From Octopus sinensis (lineage: Eukaryota), in the NCBI RefSeq assembly GCF_006345805.1, contig NC_043004.1, positions 24,180,001 to 24,244,000 on the forward strand: 64,000 bases of DNA. Direction: 5' to 3'. Positions 52,225-64,000 of the stretch are shown in pieces (within the stretch, counting starts at the first letter, position 1; each line of letters opens with the position of its first letter). A model generated the notes under the pieces. It saw nothing but the letters and a program-made list of their open reading frames with translations. It was not told where the DNA came from and searched no databases. A program made the translations under genes and the position numbers.

Positions 52225-52257
52225 ATTATATATATATATATTATATATATATATAAT

Positions 52258-52293
<36 letters not shown>

Positions 52294-52606
52294 GCGGTGC
52301 CGTACACTTTCGTCTCTTATATGTAAGTATATATTTATTTATATACGACTGTATCTATGTAAAACTGTATACAAACATTCTTTCTATCAGCTCTTTCACG
52401 CTTCGTTCATTCCACTCTTCGTTCTTTCGTTTCCCCTCTCTCACATTTCATTGCTTTCTCTTCATGCTCACTTTACCGCCTCTTTTCACGTCACTGTGTC
52501 CCTGCCATTTTATCTCGCCCCTCCTTATTTCTTCTGTCCTTCTACTTCTACCTCTCTCTCTTCTCTCCCCACGTGACCGGTGTTCGGCCAAGCCTGACCT
52601 CACTTT

Positions 52607-52697
<91 letters not shown>

Positions 52698-52782
52698 GTA
52701 GTCATGCGAACTGAGTATGGGTTGATGAATAAATATGTATCATAATATCGCAGTAGGGTATGAACCTACCACAAACGTGATG

Positions 52783-53587
52783 AATATTGGGTACTTTTGG
52801 ATCATCTCACCCCCATTAAAAAATTGTGTTATCCCCCCACTAAAAAATCGAGTTAATGTAGCGACAGATCCTTTTGATTCAGTATTTCAATACATTGTTG
52901 ACGTTTAGCCTCCTCAATAGGCATGGTATGATTTGTTATAAAAATATTATCAGATTCAATAAGATGTTTAGTTCTTTCAGTTTTCATGTTAATTTTTTAT
53001 TTTTAGTCTTGCATGATTTGTTATAAAAAAATTTTTCTACTCTGGTACTATATTTATCGATCCCGAAAGGATGAAAGGCATAGCCGACCTCGGCGGAATT
53101 TGAACTCAGAACATAAAGACAGACGAAATACCTATTTCTTTACTACCCACAAGGGGCTAAACACAGAGAGGACAAACAAGGATCGACAAACGGATTAAGT
53201 CGATGATATCGACTCCAGTGTGTAACTGGTACTTATTTAATCGACCCCGAAAGGATAAAAGGCAAAGTCGACCTCGGCAGAATTTGAACTCAGAACGTAA
53301 CGGCAGACGAAATACGGCTGCACATTTCGCCCGGCGTGCTAACGTTTCTGCTCGGTCGCCGCCTTTTTCTTATAAAAATATCAGATTCAAAACGATGTTC
53401 ATCTTTTCACTTTCTATGTTCATTAATTTTTTAATTTTTTTTTTTTTGCTTTGTTTTATTGAGGGAAAGAACATTTTCTTTTAGTTGAAGGGGATAACCA
53501 AAAGAACCGATATTTCTCGTAAATCGTGGGTGTATATATAACCCAATTTTTTAATGGGGGCGAGATAATAAAAAAGTACTGAATATT
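52783..53587. mobile_element. Decayed MITE-like element (50-bp inverted arms) enclosing a SINE-C dimer
   Basis: aatattgggtacttttggatcatctcacccccattaaaaaattgtgttat (52783-52832) is the reverse complement of 53538-53587 (~80%). Confidence 0.65.
53038..53363 (-). mobile_element. Head-to-tail dimer of SINE family C
   Basis: Two cores; junction gacgaaatac-ctatttctttactacccacaagggg is of the same type as that at ~45285-45310. Confidence 0.9.
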
Positions 53588-54897
53588 GTCTAAGGAGTGG
53601 TTATGAGCGACATTTACGAAGTGGCTGAGAACACTATATTCTTATGATCCATCATCATCACCAGCTATTCCATGAGCGAATCACTTATTCGAAATTGCCT
53701 GATGTTTATGGTGCATCATGTCTTTGTATAGGTCATTTAGTAACTGAAGTAAGTAGGTTGCATTCACGATTAAGATTATTATCATCAAAAACTCACAGAT
53801 CATTCTCAAACCCTTTAGTAAACACCTTTGCATTTAACTAAAGTGTAATTGTTAGAATCACTGTTATATTTGTTTCTCGGATTTCTCTTCTATCAACATC
53901 AGTTCCTCCTTGGATAAAGTTTCTCTTTGGAACACTAGCCACCCAGTCATGCCATTCTCTATGACTTCCTTCAACCCTGTACCAAATGCAAGTGTCACAA
54001 TATCTTTCCGAATCTAACAAAGACTTTCTGGTTTTGGAAACCTTAAGTCACGTATATAGTCTGACCATATATTTTTGATTCATGCAGTCAAAAGCGGTCC
54101 CATTTTAATTATTTCATATCTATGAGAAAAGAAGATCCAAGCACTCGACCGAGTAACTTGTTTATTTCTTGACTTAATCTTCTCATAATTGTCACGTATT
54201 GTTCTCAATATAGATGGTGTAAACTTTATTGCTTTTGGTGAAGAACTACTTTTTTTTTCCGAGGCATCAAGCCATTTTATAACATCAATTCCAATATCAG
54301 GTATAATCCTTTTATGATTCGTTTCCCCATTACTGCCTTCAGTTCCACTGGACAGCCTGTTTCCAGACTATATCCAAAAGCGCCTGCATCATTAATTATA
54401 TACAAAAGATATTGCGCAAAAAGTAGCATCAGGAAAGGACTATTTCGTGAGAGCAAAACACTGTTGATTTTAATCCCGTCTGTGTAGGAATGGGAATGAA
54501 AAGATGAAAAGGTGAAGGAGTGAGTTGGTAGTGTCAGTTGCAGTTAGCTGAAGGGTCATCCGCAACATGGGAACTTCCACTCTTGCTTCTCTGCCCCAAA
54601 CCATAAAAATTCCACACACCCCTCATGAATCGTTGTGCTGACATAAGATATTCGTAGCTACAGGTTTTGCTATCATGTTCAGAAAATCGTTATTATTGTT
54701 GGTTGATTATTCAAAAGTTGTTGGATTGGCAGTGGTGTTGTATTGATAGCATTTGTTTAGTGATGTTTGTGATGATGACAATGATGATGGTAGTGGGAAT
54801 ATAATATATATGTGTATGTGCGGGTGTAAGCGCATGTTTGTGTGTGTGTGTGTACATAGATTGATACGAGGATAGACAGAAAGAAAGAAAGAGAGAA

Positions 54898-55172
<275 letters not shown>

Positions 55173-55854
55173 TGGAAATGCAGTCCAGTATACAAAGCAG
55201 ATTTAACGATTATAACATAAGATAAATATGAGGCCATTGAGTAGAATATGATCGGCTGATGAAGCCTCATTATACTGAAACCTGTCTCTTGCTTTCATTC
55301 GTTGGCCTTATATACCTGATCTACTCCCGCTTCTATCGCTAATATTCTCTAAAAGTTTCGTTTAACATATCTTATTGTATTTACCTCATATTCTTATGTA
55401 ATTTTTAACTCTCTCGCTGAGGCAACTCTGTCTGCTAATTTCTTGGGTGATCTCGGTTGACAAAAGTATTTTATATCCCACTGCATTCAGACAGAGGTTC
55501 TATCGTATTTGCATTATGCAAAATGTTTTCCCATTGATCAATTTCTCTAGAGCTTATTTTGATAATCATAAAAGCTGACCCTGAATAATATTTTTCCCCT
55601 CTATTTCTATATATTGTTCTCTCTAACATAATGTTTTGCGGAGAAGAGCTAATAAAACTGTAATATGTCTATCACCTTCATCAACTGACTTTAAAGACAT
55701 GCTACACCCTATAATCTGTTATCTCCATTTTTCAAAAAAAGTTAATGAACTGATTTTATTCGATTTACATACCTTACCTGTTTCATTTCTCTTTTTTTTT
55801 TATTTCATAAACTTCAAGCGAGGTCGCGTAATAAGACGTTTGTTTCCCAGATAC

Positions 55855-56130
55855 ATTGTTCCAGGGTCTGTCTCAACGCCTGGAAAATTGGACAAGTGTC
55901 TGTACTATAGCTCCGTGCCGACCAAAGCCTTATGAGTGCATTCGACAGATGGAAACTGAAAGAAGCCCGATATGTGTGTGTTAATGTTTTCCTCCACCCC
56001 ACCACTTAACAACCGGTAACTTAGCGGTTGATCATGAAGAGAATGATAGAATAATTACCAGGCTTTAAAAATATGTTCTGAGATTGATTTCTTCGACAAA
56101 ACAAGTAAAAAGAAGATTTAAGAGCGAGTT
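55855..56130 (+). mobile_element. Decayed SINE family A
   Basis: ggacaagtgtctgtactatagctccgtgccgaccaaagccttatgagtg...ggaaactgaaagaagcccg...gtaacttagcggtt. Confidence 0.7.
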
Positions 56131-58161
56131 TTATCAACCAATTTATTTTTTCAATTTACAATAAAATGTGCTACAATAAAATTTGATTATTTCTCAGACG
56201 AAAAGACCATCGAAAACGTCAGATTCTTCTTCTCTTCACGGCATTCTCCATTATCCAAAATTCATAAGGCCCATTTAATTCTTACAAAAAATAATCTTGA
56301 AATAAACTTCAAAAGGAAAGAAAATGCTTCAAAGCTAGTCTTTAGTGCAGTTTCCCTCAAGAATAATTTTACACAAAATATAATTTTCCTTCAATTCCTT
56401 TTCTTGTTTCATAATTGAAAATTGCCCATGAATATTGGAAATATCTAGTTATCTTTGAAAGTAAATTAATTGCGAATTATATGTAAAATTCATTAAGCGA
56501 ATATAAAATGCTATTCCTGTGTAATCTTATTCAATGCTTAGATTGAGCTTTTAGCAAGTGAAATAAAATATAACAAATTCGTAAGAAAATCTAGAAGCAT
56601 ACACAAGTGTTTGACGATGATGTTAAGAAATGAATATTTCAAATAAACTAATACCAATTAACAACTAAATTACTGTTATCTAAGCAAATAAATATAACTG
56701 AAATTATATCATGCAACTCGTCTTCTGGAGTTTAATTTTGATGGAAGTATTACCAGGAATATGTTTTTTTTTTCTTACAGAATATTGATGATTATATTTG
56801 GATGTAATTACCAAGTATGAATATATAAGATGATAGAATTTAAAATTTCTATGATTAAATCCAGAAAGCAGTTGGATGTAATCATAGGAATCAATCATTC
56901 AATCAGCCGACAGAACAAATGAACCATCATGAAATCGGTACTTACATGATATTTTTAGGTGACGGGATCACGCGCATACACATGCACATATACAAATTAC
57001 ACGCACACATACACACATAAACACACACATAAACGCACACATACACACACACGCACGTACAGACTCACATACACACGGCTAAACGACAAGTCTCTCCTCG
57101 ACCGGTGGTGCCACGTCATTGAGAACAAAATAAAATAACCGATTTGAAATTGAACCTCTTCTAAAATTGTTCCAAATATTAGACTCACCATTGCATACTT
57201 TGCCTCACTCTTTGGGGAAGTAGAGCAAATTCTAAGCCCAAGAGTACTATTTACAGCATTTCGAGTTAGCAAAAATTTTATAGACTGATAAAACAATATA
57301 TCATTTTTAGATGTATAATATGAATTGTATACATCAAGGGAATACATAATATTGATGTCACCAATCCCTGCTGTCATCTCAGAATAGCATTACAAATATT
57401 ACCACTTCATTAAACAAATATATTTACACCATAAACGTCCACACCTAAGTTTTCTTCTATATTTCCCACACAGTGAGACACTCTTTAATTCTAGACTGTC
57501 AATTATGCCATCAATCCCTACTGTCTCACAATAACATGCATCAATACACTAATGGACAGTTTTACGAATGCAACTCATTAGCATTTCTCATTAATTTCCT
57601 TTCTCTTACCCTGTAATAATGTTCTTAAATGTTCCCTCTTCAAACCAGCCGTAGTTAAAGATATTCAGACACACCATTTTGAGTAACCTCAAGGGAAATA
57701 AGTCGCCGTAACGGTAAATATTGGTATGTTATGCATTGCACACGTTTAATTCCTTCAAGTGAGATTCGAAGTCTTAATCACTGTTGAAAAGTAATATTTC
57801 ATAACAAATTGCTGCGGTTAATACACTTCACAATATTCTAGATACGACGATGTGTAACAGACACTAAACTACTATATAATTAAATAATCCGTACTGATAT
57901 GTATATATATATACTGAATACTCTGGTACAGTTCCTGATAACACCCACAATCTGATTATTGGCTATACAACTTCAATTACCCTAGAAGCATAATTATTTG
58001 TTTATGCGAATACCATCTCCCTGTAAGTGTGTTAACCACTGTCTCTACTTCATTTATTCTATCCTGTTTCTCTTATTTCTTTTTCGTTTCACCCATGTCC
58101 TAATTTGCTCTCGTTTTTCTCTGAATTTTACTGAGAACTTTCCACTTATTTCTCTTGTTCT

Positions 58162-58456
58162 TTCTCAAGCCATACCTGGCTCATTAGGGCCGGTTTCCCG
58201 GTTTCCTTGGCGTATAGGTTCCCCACCTGGACGGGACGCTTGTCCGTCGCAGGTGAGCGGCAAGATGCAGGAGGAAAGAGTGAGAGAAAGTTGTGACGAA
58301 AGAGTCAGCAGAAGTTCGCCATTACCTTCTGCCAGAGCCGCGTGGAGCTTGGGTGTTTCGCTCTTAAACACACACACATCGCCCGGCCTAAGATTCGAAC
58401 CCGTGATCCCTCGACCGCTTGTCCGCTGCTCTAACCACAAAGCCATGTGCCTCTAC
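58162..58456 (-). mobile_element. SINE family F (tRNA head, distinct central domain, D-type tail)
   Basis: Head rc agaggcacatggctttgtggttagagcagcgg...ggttcgaatc; centre gaagttcgccattaccttctgcc; tail ggctcattagggccggtttcccggtttc shared with 28884. Confidence 0.85.
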
Positions 58457-58534
58457 GCCGAGAACTTTACTAGTCTGTATTTTCTTTAAGTTATCCCCTC
58501 CTAAGTTCGATTACTTTGACCATCATTCATTAAA

Positions 58535-58880
58535 GGCACAAGTACGACTGTGTGGCAAGAAGCTTACTTCTCAACTAAAGAGTTCCTGGTTCAGTCCCAC
58601 TGTGCGGCACCTTGGGCAATGATCTCCTACTATAGCCTCGGGCCGACCAAATCCTTGTGAGTGGATTTGCTAGACGGAAACTGAAAGAAGTCAATCGTGT
58701 GTGTGTGTCAACCCGTGTTGGTATGTTTACGTTCTCCGTAATTTAGCGGGGCGAAAATAGGGCCCGATAGATTAAGTACTAGGCTTAAGTCCTGGGCTCC
58801 ATTTGTTCGACCAAAACCTTTCAAGGTGGTGCTCCAGCATGGCTGCAGTCAAATGATTGAAACAATTAAAAGAATAAAAC
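58535..58880 (+). mobile_element. SINE family A
   Basis: gactgtgtggcaagaagc...ggttcagtccc...ccaaatccttgtgagtggatttg...gctccagcatggctgcagtcaaatgattgaaac. Confidence 0.85.
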
Positions 58881-60771
58881 TATAAAAGAATTAGTTCTCT
58901 AATAATTAATCGCTGCATTTTCCTTAGAACTAATTAAGAGAACGAATAAATAACTTTAGAATTTATATGCCACCCCACTCCTGAATGTAGTTAACTTTAA
59001 AGGAATATAACACTGTAAATGGTCTTCAGCAGCAGCATCGGCAGCTGTCCCTTAATATATGTTTTCATCGTGTCAAACGTCATGCTTGTCACCTGCTATG
59101 CACCCGTATAGAATCATGTTCTGGCATTCCAAACTTTATGATGTAAGTTCCGAAGTTTAATGAAATCTTGGGAGTAGAAATGCCTTTAAATGTTCTTCGG
59201 TTTACAATCTCATTATGCAATCCACCCACATGAGATTTCTTAAATATTGGTAATAGAGGGACCGGTGAATATTTCACAGAATTAATGGTAAATCTATTGG
59301 ATTACTTCTGAAAACTTTATCCAGAAAACCTGAAAGAGTAGCCTTCGTTGTGTCTATATGGAAAGATAGTCGATCATCTGCTACTCATTGAAAAATGAGA
59401 GAAATTGGAATATGATGAATACTTAATGCATTTTATATATACACTTTATATATTTTATGCAAAATTTTATAGACTTAATACATATGAAACACTCATAAAA
59501 TACTCATAACATCAATATGCACGCTTATTTTCCTTTTTTCCCATAAAGAAAAAAATATCCCGTATATATGATACAACCTTTAGTTAATGTGCACATAACT
59601 GCCACGTGAATAAGAGTGAATATTTCATGGAAATGCACTTATGCCCAAGCGTTAGGTGATAGGTGATATAAAAAAATTACTTAAAATAAAAATAAATACA
59701 CTTTTCACTATCCAGTCACCATCTCCACCTACACCACAATCACCTCCACCACCAACACCAATCCATCTCCACCACCACTACCACCATCATCATCCCGCTC
59801 TCCACCTCTCTCCTTTTTCTCTCCCTCCCCTCTCTCTCTCTCACCTCTCATTCTCTCTACCTTTCTTTAACTTCACCATCAGAACATCACCTCTCTGTTA
59901 AAATTATTACGTGCTTCCTACCTCATGTTATGGGCGCTTCTCTCTCTCTCTCTTATGTCTTTATGTTTTCTATCTCTCTCTTTTCTTTCTCCCTCTTTCT
60001 GTCTCCCTCTTTGTTGTATCCTCTTTTTCTTTCTCCTCTATTTCCCTTCAACGTGAAAGAGTTACAATTACATTCTTTCTACCTCATATCATGGATGCTT
60101 TTCTCTCCTTACGTTTTCTCTCTCCATCTTTTCTGCTTCCCACTTTTTCGCTAATCACATGAAAGCGTTACCGACAGGCTAAGTAACGCAATGACAATCA
60201 GAATTATTCTAAGATTTTGATTAGAAATTTCCCTTGTTGATGAACAGTGGATTAAAGAACATGTCATTATTCGCTTGTTTATTTTGTTTAGCTTGATGAG
60301 ATGTGAGTTATGTAACCCATTATGTAATATTTTGGATGTTGAAAATACTGAGTACCTGACTGTACTATGCTTACGTCGCAAAACAAAAAACTCTTAACGA
60401 AACTTATTTAGCAACACCACACAACCTATTTGTCTGCTTTTGTTACGTTTCCACGCCCCCTTAAGATTCCATTCATCGTTGGATACTTTGTTATACTATT
60501 GGCGTTGTAGATTACCTAACAATAGTGAACTGCTCGTCTATTACTCTAGAAGCATCATTATCACTCCCTACAGTGATAATAGATTACTTAACTGTTTGTT
60601 TTGCTTCATGCTCTCCAGCCGATTTGTATTGTGGCTCATTTTGATATCTCTCGATCCGTTATTGATTTCTTGTAATCAAAGCTACACACACACACACATA
60701 CACACATATATATTATTTAATAAACACAATATATGACTTTATGTGCTACTATTAGTTATGTTTTGTTGTTA

Positions 60772-61069
60772 GTTCCTTCTCGAGTCATGCATGGCTCATA
60801 AGGGCCAGTTTCCTGGTTTCATTGGCGTTTAGGTTCCCCACCTGGACGGGACGGCTGTCCGTCTCAGGTGAGTTGCTAGATGCAGCAGGAGAGAGTGAGA
60901 GGAAGTTGCGGTGAATGAGTCTGTAGAAGTTCGCCATTACCTTCTGCCGGAGCTGCGTGGAGCTTAGGTTTTCCGATCATAAACACACACATCGCCCGGT
61001 TTGCGATTCGAACCCGTGATCCCTCGACTGCGAGCCCGCTGCTCTAACCACTAGGCCATATGCCTCCGC
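60772..61069 (-). mobile_element. SINE family F
   Basis: Homologous to 58162-58456 over its full length. Confidence 0.85.
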
Positions 61070-61240
61070 TTTGCGGTATTTAGTCACGCCTGACTATGTC
61101 CCGAGTTCAAATTCCAGCAAGGTTACTTTGCAATTCATTCTTTCGGAATTAATTGAATAAATTAATTGAATAAATGAATAAATGACGAAGTGAGATTGAT
61201 GTAAATAAAAATACATTCCACACACAAATCTGTAGAATTA

Positions 61241-61419
61241 TAGTGGGTGAGGACTAGTTGATCCCAGTGCTTAACTGGTACTTAATTTATCAGCTCAGAA
61301 AGGATGAACGGCACAGTCGACCTCGGTGGAATTTGAACTCACAATGTTAAATGCCGGAAGAACTGCTGCATCTTTCGTCTGGCACGGTCACGATTCAGCC
61401 AGCCCACTGCCTTAACTAA
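61241..61419 (-). mobile_element. SINE family C variant, paralogous to 62074-62266
   Basis: Shares diagnostic variants (gctcagaaaggatgaacggcac, acaatgttaa, gccttaactaa) with the 62074 copy. Confidence 0.8.
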
Positions 61420-62073
61420 CAGTAACCATTAACATTTTCCTCGCCAATATCATCACCGACATCATACTATCTTCACATTACTCAGACTAAGTGTGAGACA
61501 GTAAATGTATGCATGGCCTGATACAAATAACAGTGAAATCTCATTCCCATCACGTATAACTGTCTTTCAAAAACAAAAGAAAAAATTATACAATATCGTG
61601 TTGTATAATCCTTTATTTGAATTGAAGGGGAGATGAACACGACTGGGATCCCTCTGATCATACGTCAGCTCTATTAGGGATGACCTATTCCTAAACAACA
61701 ACAATATATCTTTAAGACAATTACATGACATAATCTGCATGGTTTCTTTGGGTTTTTTTTCTTTTTTCTTTTCTTTTGCATGTTGAAAAGAACAGGCAGT
61801 GAGAAGTGATAAAGAAAGGAGAAATTTTCTGGCAGAGTCTTCAAGAAAATAATGAAGAGTGCGGAGTTAAAGTTTTATCTTTTTCTTTAGGAATACTGTA
61901 CGCCGATTCATATTATTCAGCCTGACCTTAAGTTGTTATTGGACAGAAATTTTGCTTCTATATCTAGTAGGTAAAATGACGTTTTAAAAAGGTGAAATAT
62001 TTTGTTTTGTTAGCAGAGGAAGTCTACATAGCTAAAGCTATAAAAGCTATAATCTTTTCTACTAAAGGCCTAA

Positions 62074-62266
62074 TAGTTTTGGTGAGTGAGGACTAGTCGA
62101 TCCCAGTGCTTAACTGGTATTTAATTTATCGGCTCAGAAAGGATGAACGGCACGGTCGACCTCGGTGGAATTTGAACTTACAATGTTAAGTGCCGGGAGA
62201 ACTGCTGCTGCTGAACTTTTTTCGTCCGGCACGACAACGCTTCAGCCAGCTCACTGCCTTAACTAA
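62074..62266 (-). mobile_element. SINE family C variant, paralogous to 61241-61419
   Basis: Same diagnostic variants as the 61241 copy. Confidence 0.8.
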
Positions 62267-63863
62267 AGATATAACGATATAACAACGTGTAATTATTTAG
62301 TTAAAATAAAAAGAAAAACATCCGTTTGGATAGGAAAAGTTAAAGGTTCTTTTTCTTTTTTTTTTAGAGTGCCGTACAAAATAGATAATGGTATTTTTCC
62401 TGATTCGTTACATTCTGAGTCAAATTCCGCCACATTCAACTTAACCTGTCATCCCTCCAGGTTCCATAAAATAAGTACCAGTTGATCATGAGAGTCGATG
62501 TACTCGACGTATCTCCTCTCTCTAAAATTCCTAACCTTGTGCCAAGATTTGAAACCTGTATTGTTTCATTTTCATTTTATTTAAAGCAAAATATATAGAA
62601 GAGATTGTGCAAGTATAGGAATCAGACGAATTTATTCGAAGTTCCATTAAATATTTACTGATAAAATCAGGTTACAATTAATTTAAAGTTTTGTATATTC
62701 TGAGCTTGTGAAATATTTGGTATTTCAGCTGATGTTATTCTTTACACGATCTTCGATTTTCATTTTTTATTGTTTCAGATTAAAGAAAATCTTTAGTTAA
62801 TTTTATAATTGCTGTGCTTAACAAATTCCTTGTAATCACTTTTGTAATAGAACACCAGAAAATTTAGTTTGAAACATAAATTAATGAATTATTATCTCCA
62901 AATCAGCAGATGCTACCTACGAATGGCGTCAGCACTAAATTCCTTATCATTACTTCACTATACGCTGTTGTTGCTGTTGGTATGTTATATAATCACAGAT
63001 CATATAATGAAAAGACTCCTAACTGTAACAATCACGCATCTTTACCTTATAAACAACTGTATTTTATAGAAGGCAGGATGTTATTTGGAGGATACGTCGT
63101 TGCTATTTTAGCACGGTCAATAACTACTAGTTTGTCAGTAAATGTTATTACAAATTAAAGAAGCTTAAAAACGGCAATAGCTTTCACTGTGACTCACAAT
63201 GTGCAGGGATTAACGCAGAAGATGCACTGACTACATATCTGCAGAAGGAATATCGATAGAGACGAACGAGGCAAATCGGTGTTAAGGCTTGCAGTAGATT
63301 GAACGCTGACAAAGTGAGCCGGAGCCAAGTATATGTGCAAAAGAAGGTGGTGTGCTGAGTCTATCAAACAAAAATTTAGCCTAATATACACTCCTGTTTT
63401 TCATCGCAAGTTAAGTTAGGCTCGTCATTTTATCGCTTCTATTGTAAAGCTTTTATACCAAGGTGACAATGTTCTTGTGGGACTAAATGTCTTTCTTTGT
63501 AGAAATCACATACAGACACAGATATAAAGCACCCACATTGTCCTGTCACATACACAGTGGTTGGTTACAAAGAGATAACCAAGCAAACAAAGCGGGCACA
63601 CACACTCACATAGAACATTTACACGTATACACACATGGGCACAGGCACTTAAACATACCAGTACACACATAACAGAACAAGAGTAAAGTGTCGTATTTTC
63701 ATTCCTCCGAAATACCATGTAATCTGTATGCATATACATATACACACTCTCTCACCCATCTCTCTCTCCCTCTCACGCACACACATTCACAAAAACACAC
63801 ACACACACACAGAGATACACACGCAGACGCATGCGCAGATAGATACATATCCTTTTTTACTCT

Positions 63864-64000
63864 GTGCAGAAGGCCCAAAATTTTGGAGGAGGGGACCAGT
63901 CGATTAGACTGACCACAGTACGCATCTGGTACTTAATTTATCGACCCTGCAAGAATGAAAGGCAAAGTCGACCTCGGCGGAATTTGAACGCAGAACGTAG
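63864..64000 (-). mobile_element. SINE family C, cut by the window end
   Basis: gcagaaggcccaaaattttggagg...gtcgacctcggcggaatttgaacgcagaacgtag. Confidence 0.85.

Noticed and set aside
59089-59277. Retroviral-type integrase fragment (FGMPEH)
   Set aside because: A single weak motif; no DDE spacing or zinc-finger residues recoverable.

Overview
AT-rich eukaryotic intergenic or intronic DNA, saturated with microsatellites ((TA)n, (CA/TG)n, (TAGA)n, (TACA)n). The repeat landscape and a TTAGGG-type telomere motif are most consistent with an octopod cephalopod; this is an inference from recalled repeat families and no search was run. I found no supportable intact protein-coding gene, tRNA/rRNA gene or CRISPR array, and nearly all listed ORFs are microsatellite or SINE read-throughs. 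The supportable content is mobile DNA. It includes about 30 copies or fragments of tRNA-headed SINEs built from shuffled modules (my labels A, C, D, E, F) and a near full-length but pseudogenised Chapaev3-like (CMC) DNA transposase at 10831-12400 (-). It also includes 3' fragments of two RLE-type non-LTR retrotransposons, a complete non-autonomous Helitron, a non-autonomous hAT with an 8-bp TSD, several MITEs (one with a telomere-repeat core) and a cryptic ~59-bp minisatellite. The most striking unexplained pattern is the density of long inverted repeats and foldbacks (about 9 in 64 kb). One of these, at 26931-27309, has a reconstructable microhomology template-switch history from a donor 1.9 kb away. 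Identity values are by-eye estimates.
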